Shown here: piece by piece, positions 12,485 through 25,918 of the stretch | Layout of the letters: the number at the start of each line of letters is the position of its first letter | How positions within the stretch are numbered: position 1 is the stretch's first letter | DNA from: Phoronis australis | Taxonomy: Eukaryota; Animalia; Phoronida | Assembly (NCBI GenBank): GCA_002633005.1 | Contig: NMRA01000400.1 | Coordinates: forward strand, 282,476-346,475 | Direction of reading: 5' to 3' | Length of the DNA: 64,000 nt | The notes under the pieces: generated by a model | Told to the model about the DNA's origin: nothing | Seen by the model: only the letters and a program-made list of their open reading frames with translations | The model's database searches: none | Position numbers and translations under genes: made by a program

Positions 12485-13660
12485 TTTTTAATGTTTATTA
12501 CGAAATCATCAGAATACAATGAATATACTTAACCCAGAAAGCGCCCAAGAGGCATTAGATCTGGGTAAAAAAATACAAAGAAGTCTATATACAATTATTA
12601 TATACGAATACATAAATAAAAAAAGTGATGTTAAGAATACAATGATATATGACAACGAATGAAAATAATTCATTTTCATACAGATGTATAAAATTCTATC
12701 CACTCACACAAAGAGATTTAATGTTATAAAGAAATTCTGATACTATTTCAAATAAAACCTTATTTTCGTTTGAGTTAAGTTCTTGACATCCATTTAGAAA
12801 GAAATTAATTTTGTTGTACAATTGCGGAATTTTAGAATATTTTTTATAAACATTGGGGTATTCTTCGAGTGCCTGGAAGAGCTGTACCCTCTCCTTGCAT
12901 ACCTCACAAGCAAAGAAAACATGAGGATATGTCTGGGTATCTCCACAGGAACACAGAGGCGAAATATTATTAAAATTATGACTAAATTTCTCGTTGTTTA
13001 GGAATAGACCACATCTTGATCTGTATAGGGTTATTTCATGGTTGCGGGGAAGTTGGAATGATGTCAATGGGACTGGCAAGTCTGGAGTAGTGGTATGCAT
13101 TTTAAAGTTATTTTTGAGAGTGACGATTGAAGTGCTTTCTTTTATTTTGAATGGTAAGGAATTCCAGTTGTCAATACAAGTTAATATCGTTGATCTTCTG
13201 AAGGCTTGGCTGATGGAGGCTGGAATAGTATACATATTGCTTTGCCGGAGTCCTGGTCTCGTGCTTAGTCTTTTGTAGGAGTCAAAGAGGATTTTGTTAG
13301 AGTAATTGTTTATGTTGGTTAACAGTTTGAATGTATACATGGACAGGTGGAGTTTACGACGGGTCGCTAGTTTGCTCCAGTGAAGACTATTTAGAACCTT
13401 GATTTTGTTGGACCCTTTGTATGCCCCGGTTATGGCTAAAGCTGCTTGGTATTGTAGTCTTTCTAATTGAAGAAGTATGCCATCGTTTGCCGATTGGTAG
13501 ATTATGTCACAGTAATCTAGATGTGGAAGTACAAAAGACTTGAACAGAGTTTCAAGATGCATGGAGTTGAGATGACGAGAGATAATTCTAATTGGATTAA
13601 TTAATTTTTGTACTTTTCGAACGAGTTCGCGACAATAAAGAGTAAATGTAAGCTTACATG
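12485..13660 (-). mobile_element. 5'-truncated LINE (CR1/L2-group): ORF2 C-terminus, 3' UTR and 10-bp TSD
   Basis: ORF 12696-13562 contains LFKSFVLPHLDYCDIIY, LERLQYQAALAITGA and the C-terminal CSCG-x5-HVFFAC motif. AATAAA and a short A tail lie at the minus-strand 3' end (~12485-12499). CGGCGGTACT is duplicated at 12475-12484 and 13661-13670. Confidence 0.88.
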
Positions 13661-14949
13661 CGGCGGTACTCAGCTGGAAAAAAAAACAACCAAGTAAGGT
13701 TTTCGATGTTTAAAAATCGATGAACTAAAAAGCTAAAAACTACAAATATTAAGTACGATTGAAGATAAACGACCGCGCGTATCAATACAAACGGGGGTTT
13801 ACAAACGCTGATCAGAATTAACAATATATCACATGGATTATTCTTTTAGTTCAATCTCGTTTTCCAGATTTTTGAATAGGAAACAGTTGTATTTAACTTG
13901 TGCCCACTTTACATTTTTATGGCTGACAAAAAGCTGTTTAGTGCAACCTGAATTGTCCAGAGATTCCAAATCTATAGTTTGGCTATCACCATTTGCACTT
14001 TTGTTTATATTTTACAGCAAAGACTGAACTTTGAACTAATGACACGTGTGGTTTTGTTCGCTGTGAAATTTTTAGTGTAGCTGTAGGCCTAATCTGGAAA
14101 GTTCAGGGATGGGTTCACAATTAGCTAGACTAAGTAAATTTACCTGGCGATCAAAATCTACTACTGTTTTGGTACTTCAAGTTAAAAATAAAATGAAAAG
14201 ATTTCAACCCGTTTCCGGTAAGAGAAAAAAAGTATCAAAATGAAATAAGGAAAACCGGTATGAAACATTTAAAACCGTCGTTCCTTAGGGAAGTTGCCCA
14301 TGGTTAAGATAAACACAAATTAACTTGTTTAGTCATTTTGTAACACTTAAAATGTACCAAGTTAAAACTGCTCTCTACTGCTGCAGGCTGTAACTTTGCA
14401 AATGCTAGAGAAAACCAATTTGCCTGTACTAACGACCATCATTGTTTAGACATTAGTGCTAGCTAGTTTCGACTTCATTAGCTGAGTTCTGCATCAACTT
14501 AATGAAAGGGCGAGCTGAATAGGCACGTACAGCTGGGACTAATTAGGGGAATCTATAGTGACCCAGCAGTGACGGTAAGCGAGCAATTCTCCACGTGGAC
14601 TGATTCGGACCTGGACCGGCCCCGAATACAGCTGCTCTCCTTGTAAACACTCCAGATTATGCTCTAATTAGTATATACCATCGTTTCCTTTGTTTTTATC
14701 TAGATTATAGCATTTACACGTACTTGTAGTGTAGGCCTACCTATAGTATTAATTTGCTCATTAGACCCTATATATAGAGCCTAGACTTTAGCGATTATGA
14801 AAATTCAACTTTTGTTTACATTTATATCTCTGTGTTATTCTCCATCTTTAGCTTAAGTTCCATTTTCTTCATGTTTCTGTTAGATTTAATCAATAGCCCA
14901 ACCCGGTAAGGTTAATCTGTTCTTCGATTCTTATAGTTGATTCTTGAGT

Positions 14950-15080
14950 TAGCGGGGGCCAGGACAGAGCATTAACCAGGATTTTGTCCGACAAACATTC
15001 GCACCCGCGAACTGCCAAATGGAATCTGGGAAAATTTTAGGGGGACATGGCTCCTTGTCCCTCCCCCTCCTTAAATCCGA
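14950..15080 (-). mobile_element. Short interspersed TIR-type repeat, inverted relative of 28232-28395
   Basis: Its reverse complement shares CGGATTTA.G.GGGG, CCATG.C.CCCTAAAATT, GTTCG.GG.TGC and CCTGG.TAAT.CTCTG.CCTG with 28232-28395. Confidence 0.55.
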
Positions 15081-16058
15081 ATAGGAACTCCACTAGTTTC
15101 ATAGGTGGCTGACTGCCTAATTGTTCTGCGGAATGACCTACTTAATTGAGACTACCTCCCACGTTTCTTATTGGTTGTTGACAACAAATTGTCACGTGGC
15201 TATGATTATTTCGGTGGACGTTCCTTAGACGGTTCAGAGCAAGGACTTGCGGAAAATTTTGTGTCAGCATTTTGTGATGTGAGGAGACTTATTCGACAGC
15301 TACCTACAAGTCACTGCCAATCGAAGGTGAAGTTCATACTTTTTAGCAAGATAAATTTGACTTTAAAGTTTCTGACAAAAAATATTTTAGTTCCTCGTTG
15401 ACGGTTGACACTGAACCTGTGTTCTCTTGGAATTTTTGGATGGATAGTCTATGAGTATGATGGCATTAGCTCCGTTGCCTCTGGCTCTGGTGCGGCAGGT
15501 CCCACCAGAGCGGTTAGACAATGACCGGCAGAGACGATGGTCATTGTCTACAGAGCGGCTCCACTGTTGTTGAAGATTTGCGGATAGTCATTACGGACAC
15601 ATGCTCGCATCCAGCCAGGGCGGCTCAGTCGAGCGAGTCCCGCCCCCCCCCCCCGTTTGCCGAAGTAGGCAAAAAGGTCCGCCTCAGAGAAACAAGAATT
15701 CGAAACAAGACAGAAGTCCACTTTAAAGGGCAGGAGGTACCAAAATTCGACGAATGCACTGGCTATTCATAGGTCTGAATGTACCCCCTGAATCTTAGTA
15801 ACTTTTAGGTCCATTCTCAAAAATGCACCCCATTTTTAGGCTGGGTGCATGCATGCGACAATGACAAGGAGTTTGGAAACAGAAAAGACGAATGAGAAAC
15901 AATTAGGCCTACTTGTTGAATGACGTATAAAAATCCATAACCGGTTTATAAGGCAGCTTGCTGCAAAGTTTTGTGAATGTGAACTCCTATAAATTTGAGG
16001 AATTATGAAACAGCGGGAGTGTACCTTTCTAAGGGTGTTGATTATTTTCTTTATAGGT

Positions 16059-19000
16059 ATGGTACCGTCTTTTCGTGAGGAGTTTCGCTGTAAGAATGTA
16101 TTGCCAAGTCATACAAGGGAGGAGCTGTTTTATTTGCCGCAGGTATACTTTTGTTTTTTGTGATATTTGCAACTTGGGTGTTTGTGGTGTTCGCCCTTCC
16201 GAGAGTCTGAAAACTGTGAGCGGCTACAAAACACCACACAATGCGCTGAACAATTTGTTAACTTTGTCTCTCAATATTTGTTTAGCGAGCAGGTGACTTT
16301 GATTGGCCTAGATGTAGTTACACACATGTTGCGATATTGTCACGACAGGTCGTCTTTTGAAAAGATTTAAAAGGATACTTAACACGGTTTTGGGCTATTG
16401 ACAGATCTGAAAAATGGCTTTCCCATCCAGTTCTCTGGAGCGAAATAATGCTCTAGCTATAACCTTCAAAAGTTTGGAGAAAAATTTGGAAACTCCTTTC
16501 AAAGTCTGCTAAATGGGCAAGCGCAACCTACACTTTAGGCAAGTCACACAAGAACTGTGGGGAAAGACCGCCAGCCAAGAAATCCAACCTACGACATAGG
16601 GAGTATTATGAGTTTTTAGATCAGTCCTTCTTTTATCACTCAAATCCGTGACACGAATGATGCATTAGCAGGTGACACTGTTGAAATCACCTAAATAGGG
16701 TTTAGCTTCCTTTTAAACATGTTTACCATGAGAATACTCAATGTTACTATTGAGTTACCTACAGCTTCGCTTCAGTAATGTCAACATTATTTTGTGTATG
16801 TCTAGAAAACGAGGTATTATTGCTTATTAAAGCTTGATCACCAGCTGGGGGACAGAACTGGTGAAATTTTGGCACCCTGCACAACAGTTAGTAGGCCTGG
16901 GCAAAGTTCTGCTAAGTTGCTCTATTCTTTACCATTATTTTTTGTGACGCCCTGCATTTTTGTAAATTATAGATCCACAATTTGGTACCATTTTGTCACT
17001 GTTTTCTCAATAAGTGTAATTTGAGATAAGTTATAATTCCTTACCTCGTAAGTAGTCTCTCTTATGGTAACTATCCACTTATTTGATACCCCTCACCTCA
17101 TTCTGCACACCCAAATTTATTTTTAAAAATAATATTTTCTCCCTAACATTTTGACAGGAGGCTTCTTGGTGGTAAATTCTTGTCTTACCTAAATCAAACT
17201 CAGTCAATTTGGCACTTTGAAAATATCAATGTGAAACCGTGTAAGTAATTCTAGTTCAGACCTTTAACTGTGTTGATCAATAGGGTCTGAGCAAAAGTAT
17301 ATTCACCACTTAAATCATCCATTCATATAAGATATATTATGCTGTTGTAAGCGTAAAGTGAAACTGAAAGGGGTCACACTCCAGAGTCACATGCTCAAAG
17401 GAGTGTGTCACCAAAAATAGCTCAAGTACTCTTACATTGGAACAGCTTAAAGTAACTATTAATTGGATCGCGTTGGCAAGCATTTGGTTAAATTCACACA
17501 TGGACTGTTGATTATGATTGGTTTCTCAGTTTATTTCGCACACTCGTCAGCTACGAAGTATTCAGTGAATATGGCACAACCTGACTATCGGCAAAGTATA
17601 TATTTTATTTATTTTGTGCGAAATAAGTAATGAATTATCCTCCAAGTGATGTGTTGGACATGCCAACTTAACTGTGAGATCAGGGATCCCATAAAGGAAT
17701 GTGTTCACCCCATTCCTCAAACTAAGTTTTTGTATTGTGTCTGAGGTCAGCCTGAACCATCTCGAATGCTATTTGTAGCTGCACTCCGTGGTATAGATTT
17801 TGTAACAGACTTGACTTTTGAAATGCTATTATAAACCAATTGAAAGGTCACAGGTGCAGAAAATTTTAAGCTTGTTTTACGCATTGGGTGTTAGCATTTG
17901 TATGTATGTAAAGTTATGTGCAACAAAATTGCACGTGAAAAGATAATTTTTGGTATGTGCACGTTAATGTGTTAGGGCATGATTTTCATCATCAAGGGCC
18001 CGGGTGTTTATAAAGTTTGCCTTAAAGATGTGCCAACATTGCTCATAGGTCTGAAAGTGGTGTAAAGAAATCATACCATGAGCGAAATTTGAGGAAACTT
18101 GAGAAGAAATTCCATCACTTCAGAATAGCAGACAGAACACGGTCTGAGAAACGTCTGCTATTCAGTTTTAGGCATTCACCTAACTGTCTGATCAATTGTT
18201 ACAATGATCGTCCTGAAATTTGAGATATGTTCGTATTGATACGGGCATGGCCAATGTTGACTTTCAAACTGATATGAATACTGCTATGCCGCACATGGGT
18301 GTCTGCCTCAATACTGAGCCAGACGTTTCATATAGTAAAATCCAAACGAATTAGGTTGCAGTGTCTAGTTGATTTTATCATTATACGGAGAACACGGAAC
18401 TTCATCTGTTTCACTGTCGTTTACTCGACTAACATTTAAAATTTGCTTTTTCAGTGGCGTGTGTGCCCCCTTCTCTTTGTCTTTTACCGGCTGATGGTAG
18501 CAACGTACGTTGACGTCAACATCCTCATTGGTGCTGTAAATTACGGCAAGTCGTCACAACAGTTCACATGGTTCGTGTACCTTACCAACTGGTCGTACTT
18601 CGTCCTCGCCAGCCACTTGACTCTTGCAGCACTCATCGCTGTCTTGCACAACATTGAAGACAGTGGACCAGGCTGCTGTCAACCCCATCGTAAACACACG
18701 GAAGATCTGATCAACGAAGACGAACTTGTGGAGGGCGACCTCGGTTACCATGGTTACAGTATCCCATGGTATATGAAGCTCAACTGGATTTTGTACAGCA
18801 TCATCATCAATATCGCCATTGCCGTGACAATCATTTATTTTTCATTCCTCTATCCTGAAACTCATAGTTCAGGAGACCAGATTTCCTATGAAAATCTTAA
18901 CTACCATGCATTTAACACGGTAATAGCTTTGTTGGAGGTGTTTATCAATTCAATACCGGTGCGTGTCCTTCATTTTGTCTATCCTCTTTTGTTCGGAACT

Positions 19001-19198
19001 TGTTACATGCTTTTTTCAGTCATATACTGGGCTTACGATCATAGCCGTGTAATCTATCCAGAAATCCTCGACTGGAATAAACCGGGTCAGACAGTAGCAT
19101 TTGTGCTGGTCACTGGATTGGTAGCATCCCCAATCATACAGCTTTGCCTATACGCCATATACAGATTGCGTTTAGCCTTGTTTCGAAGGTGTTACTAA
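16059..19198 (+). CDS. Protein rolling stone-like multipass membrane protein (FAR-17a/AIG1-related); 275 aa; exons 16059-16142 and 18455-19198
   Basis: Exon 1, MVPSFREEFRCKNVLPSHTREELFYLPQ (GTATAC donor at 16143), joins in phase 0 to TTTTCAG|WRVCP. Family motifs are WFVYLTNWSY, PWYMKLNWILY, NLNYHAFNT, PVRVLHFVYP and IYPEILDWNKP. There are about six hydrophobic segments. Confidence 0.9.
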
Positions 19199-20899
19199 AC
19201 CTGTTGCTGTCATGTTAACTCTGTATGTGTTCCATAGATTGAACCAAACATGGCTTGTGCTCCAATTAGTTTAACCTTGGTTTGGTCATACAGTAATTCC
19301 TCACTTATTCATGCGAAAATACTTGCCAAACAGTCTTGTTTCTGCCAAGTGTTAAGCTTAGAATAGCACAAAGTTTTCCTGGTCTATTTTATTAAGAATT
19401 ATGCTCAAGTAAAATTTCAATTGTTGGTTGTAGTGTGTGTTGAACAGGTGAAGAATTGGGGTACCGTTGAGTGGCCGTGTGAGTGGTGGGTCTAATAATT
19501 TGTTTGGGAAAAGATTGTACGGTTGAGCTGTTAGCTAACCGTGCAAGAAACAGAATTGTGAGATTTTTAAGTGGACAAAGAACTGTTTTTGATGTTTAAG
19601 GAACTAAAATGCAGATCCCTTCTTAGTTGGAGAGACATTTTTCATGTTAATTGTGCTTCCACTGGGTTGCATCATCTATCCGTGCCAGTGTTCTGCACAG
19701 CTGAAGACATACATGTGTTGGAAGCATCAAACATGTCAGAAGCACCCGGCATCTGACGTTCTTCTTAGTGCATAAGTACTTAAGTGCTCATTTACCTGCA
19801 TTGTTTCCCATGTACTTAAACCATAATGCACAGCAGTGCAGAGAATAGAATGTTTGTTCAACTTTTTATGTTTAGAAACTGATGACAAATTATTTACTTA
19901 CAAATGACAGTTTTTTATTTAAAGTTGTGTCTTTCTCATTTGAAAACCCAAATGGATTTGGCAGGGTGGTTTTCAAATGTGTTGGAGGGGGAGGGGGAGA
20001 TAGCATGCATTCAAACCTCCACAAGTGTCCGCTAACAGGCTGCAGCAACTCATTGACAGCAGTTGCGGTGACACATTGCACCAGGTCTTGGAGAGGTCTG
20101 CATGTTATAATAGAAAGAGATGCAAAAGGAGTTCATCCTGGTTCTACATTGATGTCCATTCAGCCTTGATTAATGACCAACACAGGCCTGCCTTCTACAG
20201 TTAGTCCTGTTGTGTTGGGTTAATGATAATGAATGCAAAGCCTGTGGGCATTTGTTGTGCTGTTTGGGTCACTTTTTTGTTGCATGAATTGTCAATACAC
20301 ACCTGGGGAACAACACAGAAAAGTTATCTCCCCAAGATAACGATGAGTCTGTATTTTTTGTAGCATCAAAATGGCTCCTTTTGCAGGCCAGCTCCATGGT
20401 TGAAACACCTGAGTCCTTGTGACAAAATCGTGTCATGCTTGAAAAGACCTGTACCATATTTGAAAAAGTTCAGTCAGATTTGAAAACCTGCATTTTTTAA
20501 CTCCACCAAAAGAAGGATAATTAATAAAAACAACTATAAATCTTCTTTCTGTCATTAGAAACTAACTTTTTGTTAATGTTACTTAACTTTGTAAAGTGAG
20601 AAGTAGTTTCTTGGCTTGGAGAAATTGACAGATCGTCACTGTTTGAGACCATTTTGATGCGTAAAATGGTCCCTACTGCGACAGTCAGCTTGTAGTTCTT
20701 TCTAACTTTAGAAACTACTTCTAATTTCACTAAGGGAAATTTGAGACCAATTTCGGGATGCCAAGTAGTCAAAATCAAGAGTTGTTGTTTTGTTATGGTA
20801 TTTTTTGTCCTAGAAGGGGATTTATAACCATTTTAAAATAGCATCATTACCTGAGTTTTTTCACCAGGCATAGTTATGAAAGGGGTATCTGAGCTTATT

Positions 20900-21780
20900 A
20901 CCAAGTGACGGAATTCTCCTTTGAGCAATGTTTGGATTCTTGACCTGGAAGAACTCTGTTTTGTCTCAATACATGTTTGTTCCTGTCCTCAGGTCGTTTT
21001 TGCTGCGGAATAATGTTGTGTTCACACATGTTGGTTGGCTTCCCTGGAATAATATGAAGCATTGCTTACTGTTTTTTATCAGATGCATTATCTAATTTTG
21101 AGATCTGTTTATGTTTTCTAATCATATAACCAAAGGTTGTGGTATTATACAAGACTGTTTGAGTACCTGTTCTGATAAACCAAGTGTTATTCAATTTATT
21201 TCTCCATATTTTGGGCTGATAACAATATTGGCCAAATAGATAAGTTTGATGACCATACACTAGATGGGGTCCTGGTTGGCCACAACAGCTTTATGCAGAC
21301 CACATGTATGTTGTTTCATATTGTTTCTATGTTGGTCCTCTCTATTTGGTAACCATGAGCACATTTCATCAAGTGTGGGAAGTCCAGTCTGAGATCAGGT
21401 TGTAGTAACTTCTGTTTTAATTAAATTGGCTCATGCGTGTGGTCAGTAAATCACAATATATAACTAAGTAAGTCAGCATTGCATTTGCCCAGATGTGTCC
21501 TAACAATCAGACCAGGTTATCTGTGAAAAAGTCAATGACTGCTGCCCAGACTGTTTTCATGCTTCAGTTGTAATGCATGGCAATATCTTGCAAAGACTTG
21601 CATGATTTTCTGTTTTTTCGAGATTCTGTTATGCCTGAATGTTTAATTGTGGAAGAAAACGGCATAAACACCCCTGTTATTAACTATTTTAACTTTGTTA
21701 GCCACAATTTCTCCCTGCAAGAGGCTTGCTTACCTGGTAGACATTGTGATGATGTATACTGGTGTATTTGCATTTAAAGC
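20900..21780 (-). mobile_element. Possible heavily decayed RTE-like LINE remnant
   Basis: Stop-riddled minus-strand peptides (FRHNRISKKQKIMQ, PHLVYGHQT) weakly echo the RTE ORF2 motifs FGLTIS.KKT.VM and P.LLYG.ETW in the expected order. Confidence 0.3.
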
Positions 21781-21814
21781 TGCATTCTGCCCACTGTATC
21801 TAGCTAAATGGCGA

Positions 21815-21982
21815 AAATCGAATTGGATGTATAACGCTCACAAATCGAATTGGATGTATAACGCTCACAAATCGAATTGGATGTATAACGCTCACAAATC
21901 GAATTGGATGTATAACGCTCACAAATCGAATTGGATGTATAACGCTCACAAATCGAATTGGATGTTTAAGGCTGACAAATCG
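21815..21982. repeat. 27-bp minisatellite, ~6.2 copies
   Basis: The unit AAATCGAATTGGATGTATAACGCTCAC occurs five times identically, followed by one diverged unit and a partial AAATCG. There are no spacers. Confidence 0.95.
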
Positions 21983-23439
21983 GGCTAATAATATACCTTG
22001 CTGTGTTAAGATTCTATTTCCGTTTGCAGCATTTTAACACCAAACCATCAACGACTACGGAAAACGCTTTAGAGTTTATTGAAATTGGCCAACCCTGGAA
22101 ATGCCAATTCTAAGATGGCGCATGTACTCATTGACTTGAGTTGGTTACATGTAATCCCATGGTGGTAAGGAATTTAATTTATGAGAGCTTAAAGCTCAAT
22201 TTGATTATCATTTTTAGTCAGCTAGATAGGGCTGAATGCAGCTTTTTTGAGAATAGGGATCATTAATATGCAAATTATTCAATAATATTCTATACCCAGT
22301 GATTGTGCTGTTCATTCACTGTGTGGCTCAAGATTTTTTATCACTTAATTATTCCCATGAATTTTGAGACATTTAAACTTAATTTGGTTTAACCCCCGCT
22401 GTCTCCATAATTTCTAGTGTGCTGTTACAACTTCTGTTAGGCAATGCAGTACTAGAGGCTTTGACATTTGCTCTCTTAGTTTATTTTTGGAATCTGTATG
22501 TCATTTTTTCAGGAGCTTGTGACATTGCTGCAGATGTGTTCAAAATTTTGCTGTTCGTTTGCTGATACTAGGAACCAGTAAGAGAAGGAATTGCAAGCTT
22601 ACTGGTTCCTTGGCTAAGAGTGCCATCATGCGGTGTTCAATTCTTTTAAAGTTACTGAGAACTTAGAAAGTGTGCCATTTCTGTTGAATTATTGTGACTG
22701 TATCGTATACATGTTATTTCGTATATAAGAGTGCCATGTGTATTAAATCTGAGTTTTCTACCTATGTTTGTCTCTAAACTTGCTAGAATTCAGAATTCGT
22801 GAAAATGTGTGCACTGTTCAATGCAATCTAAGATTATTATGATTTGGGTGGAGTTCCGCTGAATTGTGTTACCAGTCCATAATAAACAATTGAGCTCTAA
22901 GAGTTATATAAAGCCGTGTTGTCAATTCGTATCCGGAATTTTCGTAAACTGGTCCTAAACTTACACCCCGTGTGTTTTTTGTGTATTTTTCCAAGTGGGT
23001 ACATTTTTGTAAAATTTCTATCGTACTCCCTCAGGGTTTTTGGGGTTCTGGAACCTCCCTGAAAAATAATGTGTGTTGCTTTGTCCCTGGAGTACAAAAA
23101 CGGGCAGTTTCTTGAACAGTCGCTGTGGGACTTATTTACGCATGAATTTACGGCGACTGGAGTGTAAAATAAGTGTGTTGTAAGGGAGGTGGGGTGGAAC
23201 GGTTTGAAACTGGTAGAAACATCAGTTTGGTAAATTTACATGATATACCCGAGCAAATTCCAGATACGCCTGTTTGACCGGCAGCCGGTACAACACTGTG
23301 GCCAACGGATCACTTAAGAGTGCACCCCATTACGTACAGAGATAGATGTCTCTGCCGGTGTCTACACTCTGTGTGTTGCCCCTGGGGACCTTACAAGGGG
23401 ATTAGATAGTCGAGGTACCGGACAAAACTGATTTAAAAC

Positions 23440-24145
23440 GAACAATCGAGCCCGCACTAAACACTGAATGACCCATGACAGACACTCTGGAAAGGGTCCG
23501 CTAAAAAACCCCAAAAAGTACCCTCCCCAAAAATGAGGTAGCTCATACATTCCAGACACCACAAAAATAATTCCATGTGATTCAGTACATGCAACTGACC
23601 ACTAAATTCCCTTAGACACAAGATACACCCTGAGTTGTACTCGGCCAAAGACCCACCACGAAAATCTTAAAAACTGCATGCCAATGAAAATTTGAATTAC
23701 TGTGATAACGATCAAAACTAATTTAAGACGAACTGTTGTGCCGTACTGAGACACCGAATGACCCACGACAGACAGAGTGCACACTGGTAAGGGTCCGCCA
23801 GAAACTCAACCCCATCCCCCCACCACCACAGCAAAAAAAAACTTCATATGATTAAATACATCCCACTGATCACTAAATTGCCTGTTACAGAGAAAATAAT
23901 ACCTCCAAATCTCAACCACTGTATGGTCCTTAAATTTGAGCCCGATTACATATTTATATATCTGAGGTACTGGTCAACACTAACAGTACCGCAATGAAAA
24001 CCACCCGACAGACAAATTGCACTCTGGAAAAAATACGCCAGAAGTGCCCCCAAAATGAGCTAGTTCAACATTAGAGGTATCACAAAAATAACACTTCATG
24101 GTCCAATACACGCCACTGACCACTAAATGGCCTAGTGATAGACGA
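23440..24145. repeat. Degenerate ~250-290-bp direct repeat, about three copies
   Basis: Recurring blocks GAATGACCCA.GACAGAC, CACTCTGGAAA/CACTGGTAAGGGTCCGC and CA..C.ACTGA.CACTAAAT appear at ~23465, ~23755 and ~24000. Confidence 0.6.
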
Positions 24146-24818
24146 ACTTACTTTAAACACTTGATGGAACTGTGCTCAACCGTCATCTTCAGTTGGTCTC
24201 CCACTGTCCTTAATGGTTTCGTCTCTAAACCAAGACCATCTCTAGTAGGCGGGACAACAGAGTTGACCAGGCTCTGCCTGACGGTTGTTGATGGTATTGC
24301 TGTTGGTGCTTCATCCAAATCCAACAAGATGCCTGTTCAGCTTCGGTGGCCACATCGCGTAGAAGAACCTTCTTTCCTGTCGCAGAGACGCCCAGAGACC
24401 TTGCCACAGCAGTAACCGAGCTGGCCGGAAAACCACGGCAACCAACCTACACAGAAAAACTCCAACACCTCCAGCCGTTAACGTGGCAGTCACTCCTCAG
24501 ATCAGTATATTTCAGGTTCTTCCGCTCATGTGCCTCTTCTACCCTACTCTCCCACGGAATGGTGAGCTCGATCAGGATGATCTGGTGGGAACTGTCCGAA
24601 TAAAGAATCAAGTCAGGGCGCTGGGTAGTCTGGACAATGTGCTGTGGGAAGGATGACTGGTGACCGGCAAGATCAACCCACAATTTCCAGTCGTTGGCTG
24701 TGTGAAGGATGCCTTTTTGCGCTGGTGTCTTCCTCTTACTTGCCTCATCGCCACTTCTTCTGAAACTGATAAATTCGATCCGGTGGCTTCTTGACTTTGG
24801 TTTACTCTTGACTTCGTC
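24146..24818 (-). mobile_element. RLE-type (Hero-like) non-LTR retrotransposon, 3' part: restriction-like endonuclease and 3' UTR
   Basis: The peptide reads TTQRPDLILYS...IILIELTIPWE...AHERKNLKYTDL, followed by *VGCRGF (premature TAG at 24447-24449 where E is expected) and ASCWIW. This is a PD-(D/E)xK RLE signature. Confidence 0.85.
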
Positions 24819-25242
24819 NNNNNNNNNNNNNNNNNNNNNNNNNNNNNNNNNNNNNNNNNNNNNNNNNNNNNNNNNNNNNNNNNNNNNNNNNNNNNNNNNN
24901 NNNNNNNNNNNNNNNNNNNNNNNNNNNNNNNNNNNNNNNNNNNNNNNNNNNNNNNNNNNNNNNNNNNNNNNNNNNNNNNNNNNNNNNNNNNNNNNNNNNN
25001 NNNNNNNNNNNNNNNNNNNNNNNNNNNNNNNNNNNNNNNNNNNNNNNNNNNNNNNNNNNNNNNNNNNNNNNNNNNNNNNNNNNNNNNNNNNNNNNNNNNN
25101 NNNNNNNNNNNNNNNNNNNNNNNNNNNNNNNNNNNNNNNNNNNNNNNNNNNNNNNNNNNNNNNNNNNNNNNNNNNNNNNNNNNNNNNNNNNNNNNNNNNN
25201 NNNNNNNNNNNNNNNNNNNNNNNNNNNNNNNNNNNNNNNNNN
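24819..25242. other. Assembly gap (run of N)
   Basis: 424 consecutive N. Confidence 1.
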
Positions 25243-25918
25243 ACTAAAAGACTTACTTGTTTATGGGCCACAGCGTTTGCGCGCGTAACCTACTTCTTTT
25301 TGTAATGCTTATTACATGTTTTATATTTTGTGCCATCAATTCTTAACAAATTTGTCGTATTTGAAATAGTCTTCAAATGCCCAAAAGACCAAATCCATTT
25401 TTCGTGTTGGCAATAATGACGGGATTGCTTTGGAAACCGTCTTAAGATAAGGTTTGACAAAGAGAGTATTGCGAGTTCCTGAGTGATTCACTAAGGCTTC
25501 GATTAAAATTCACATCTTACCAGCAGCTTCTGTTTTTTCATCGCCACTCAGGTTCCATTTTCTTTAAAAAAATGAAGTAAATTTTCTTCATTGCACAGTA
25601 GAGCAGACGACGGAAACGGAGTCGTAGTGCACAGCGCCGCTGCCGGTCGCCTAGGATATCGCGGGAGATTCTATACTTAGTCATAGTTCCGTTACGAACG
25701 CGCCGTGTTCCGAATTTGACACTTGAAATTGGATTTGAGCCCCCCCCCCAACACTAAAACTGCACACATTTAAATCTTTTTTCATCTGTATAATTTCAAT
25801 TACCGGGGTTAATTAATAAACTCACCATTTCCCTACGCTCTTACTGTTTTATTTTTATTGCGGCAGCCAAGGGGGGGGGGGGGGCGGGCCCCCTGGCCCC
25901 CCCCTAAATCCGCCTATG
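25243..25918. mobile_element. TIR-type element inserted into the RLE retrotransposon (left end hidden in the gap)
   Basis: It ends in GGCCCCCCCCTAAATCCGCCTATG, which resembles the GGATCCGCC-type termini at 28395 and 49370. The retrotransposon frame stops abruptly after GKYT at 25919. Confidence 0.6.

Noticed and set aside
21815-21982. CRISPR-like array or repeat protein (KSNWMYNAH)n
   Set aside because: The units are head-to-tail with no unique spacers, there are no cas genes, and the context is eukaryotic. The ORF is a by-product of the 27-bp period.
24447-24449. In-frame stop in the retrotransposon endonuclease as programmed recoding
   Set aside because: It is TAG in place of GAG in an element that also has frameshifts and an insertion, so ordinary decay explains it.
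24709-25305. Long ORFs crossing 24819-25242
   Set aside because: They are artefacts of translating through the N gap.
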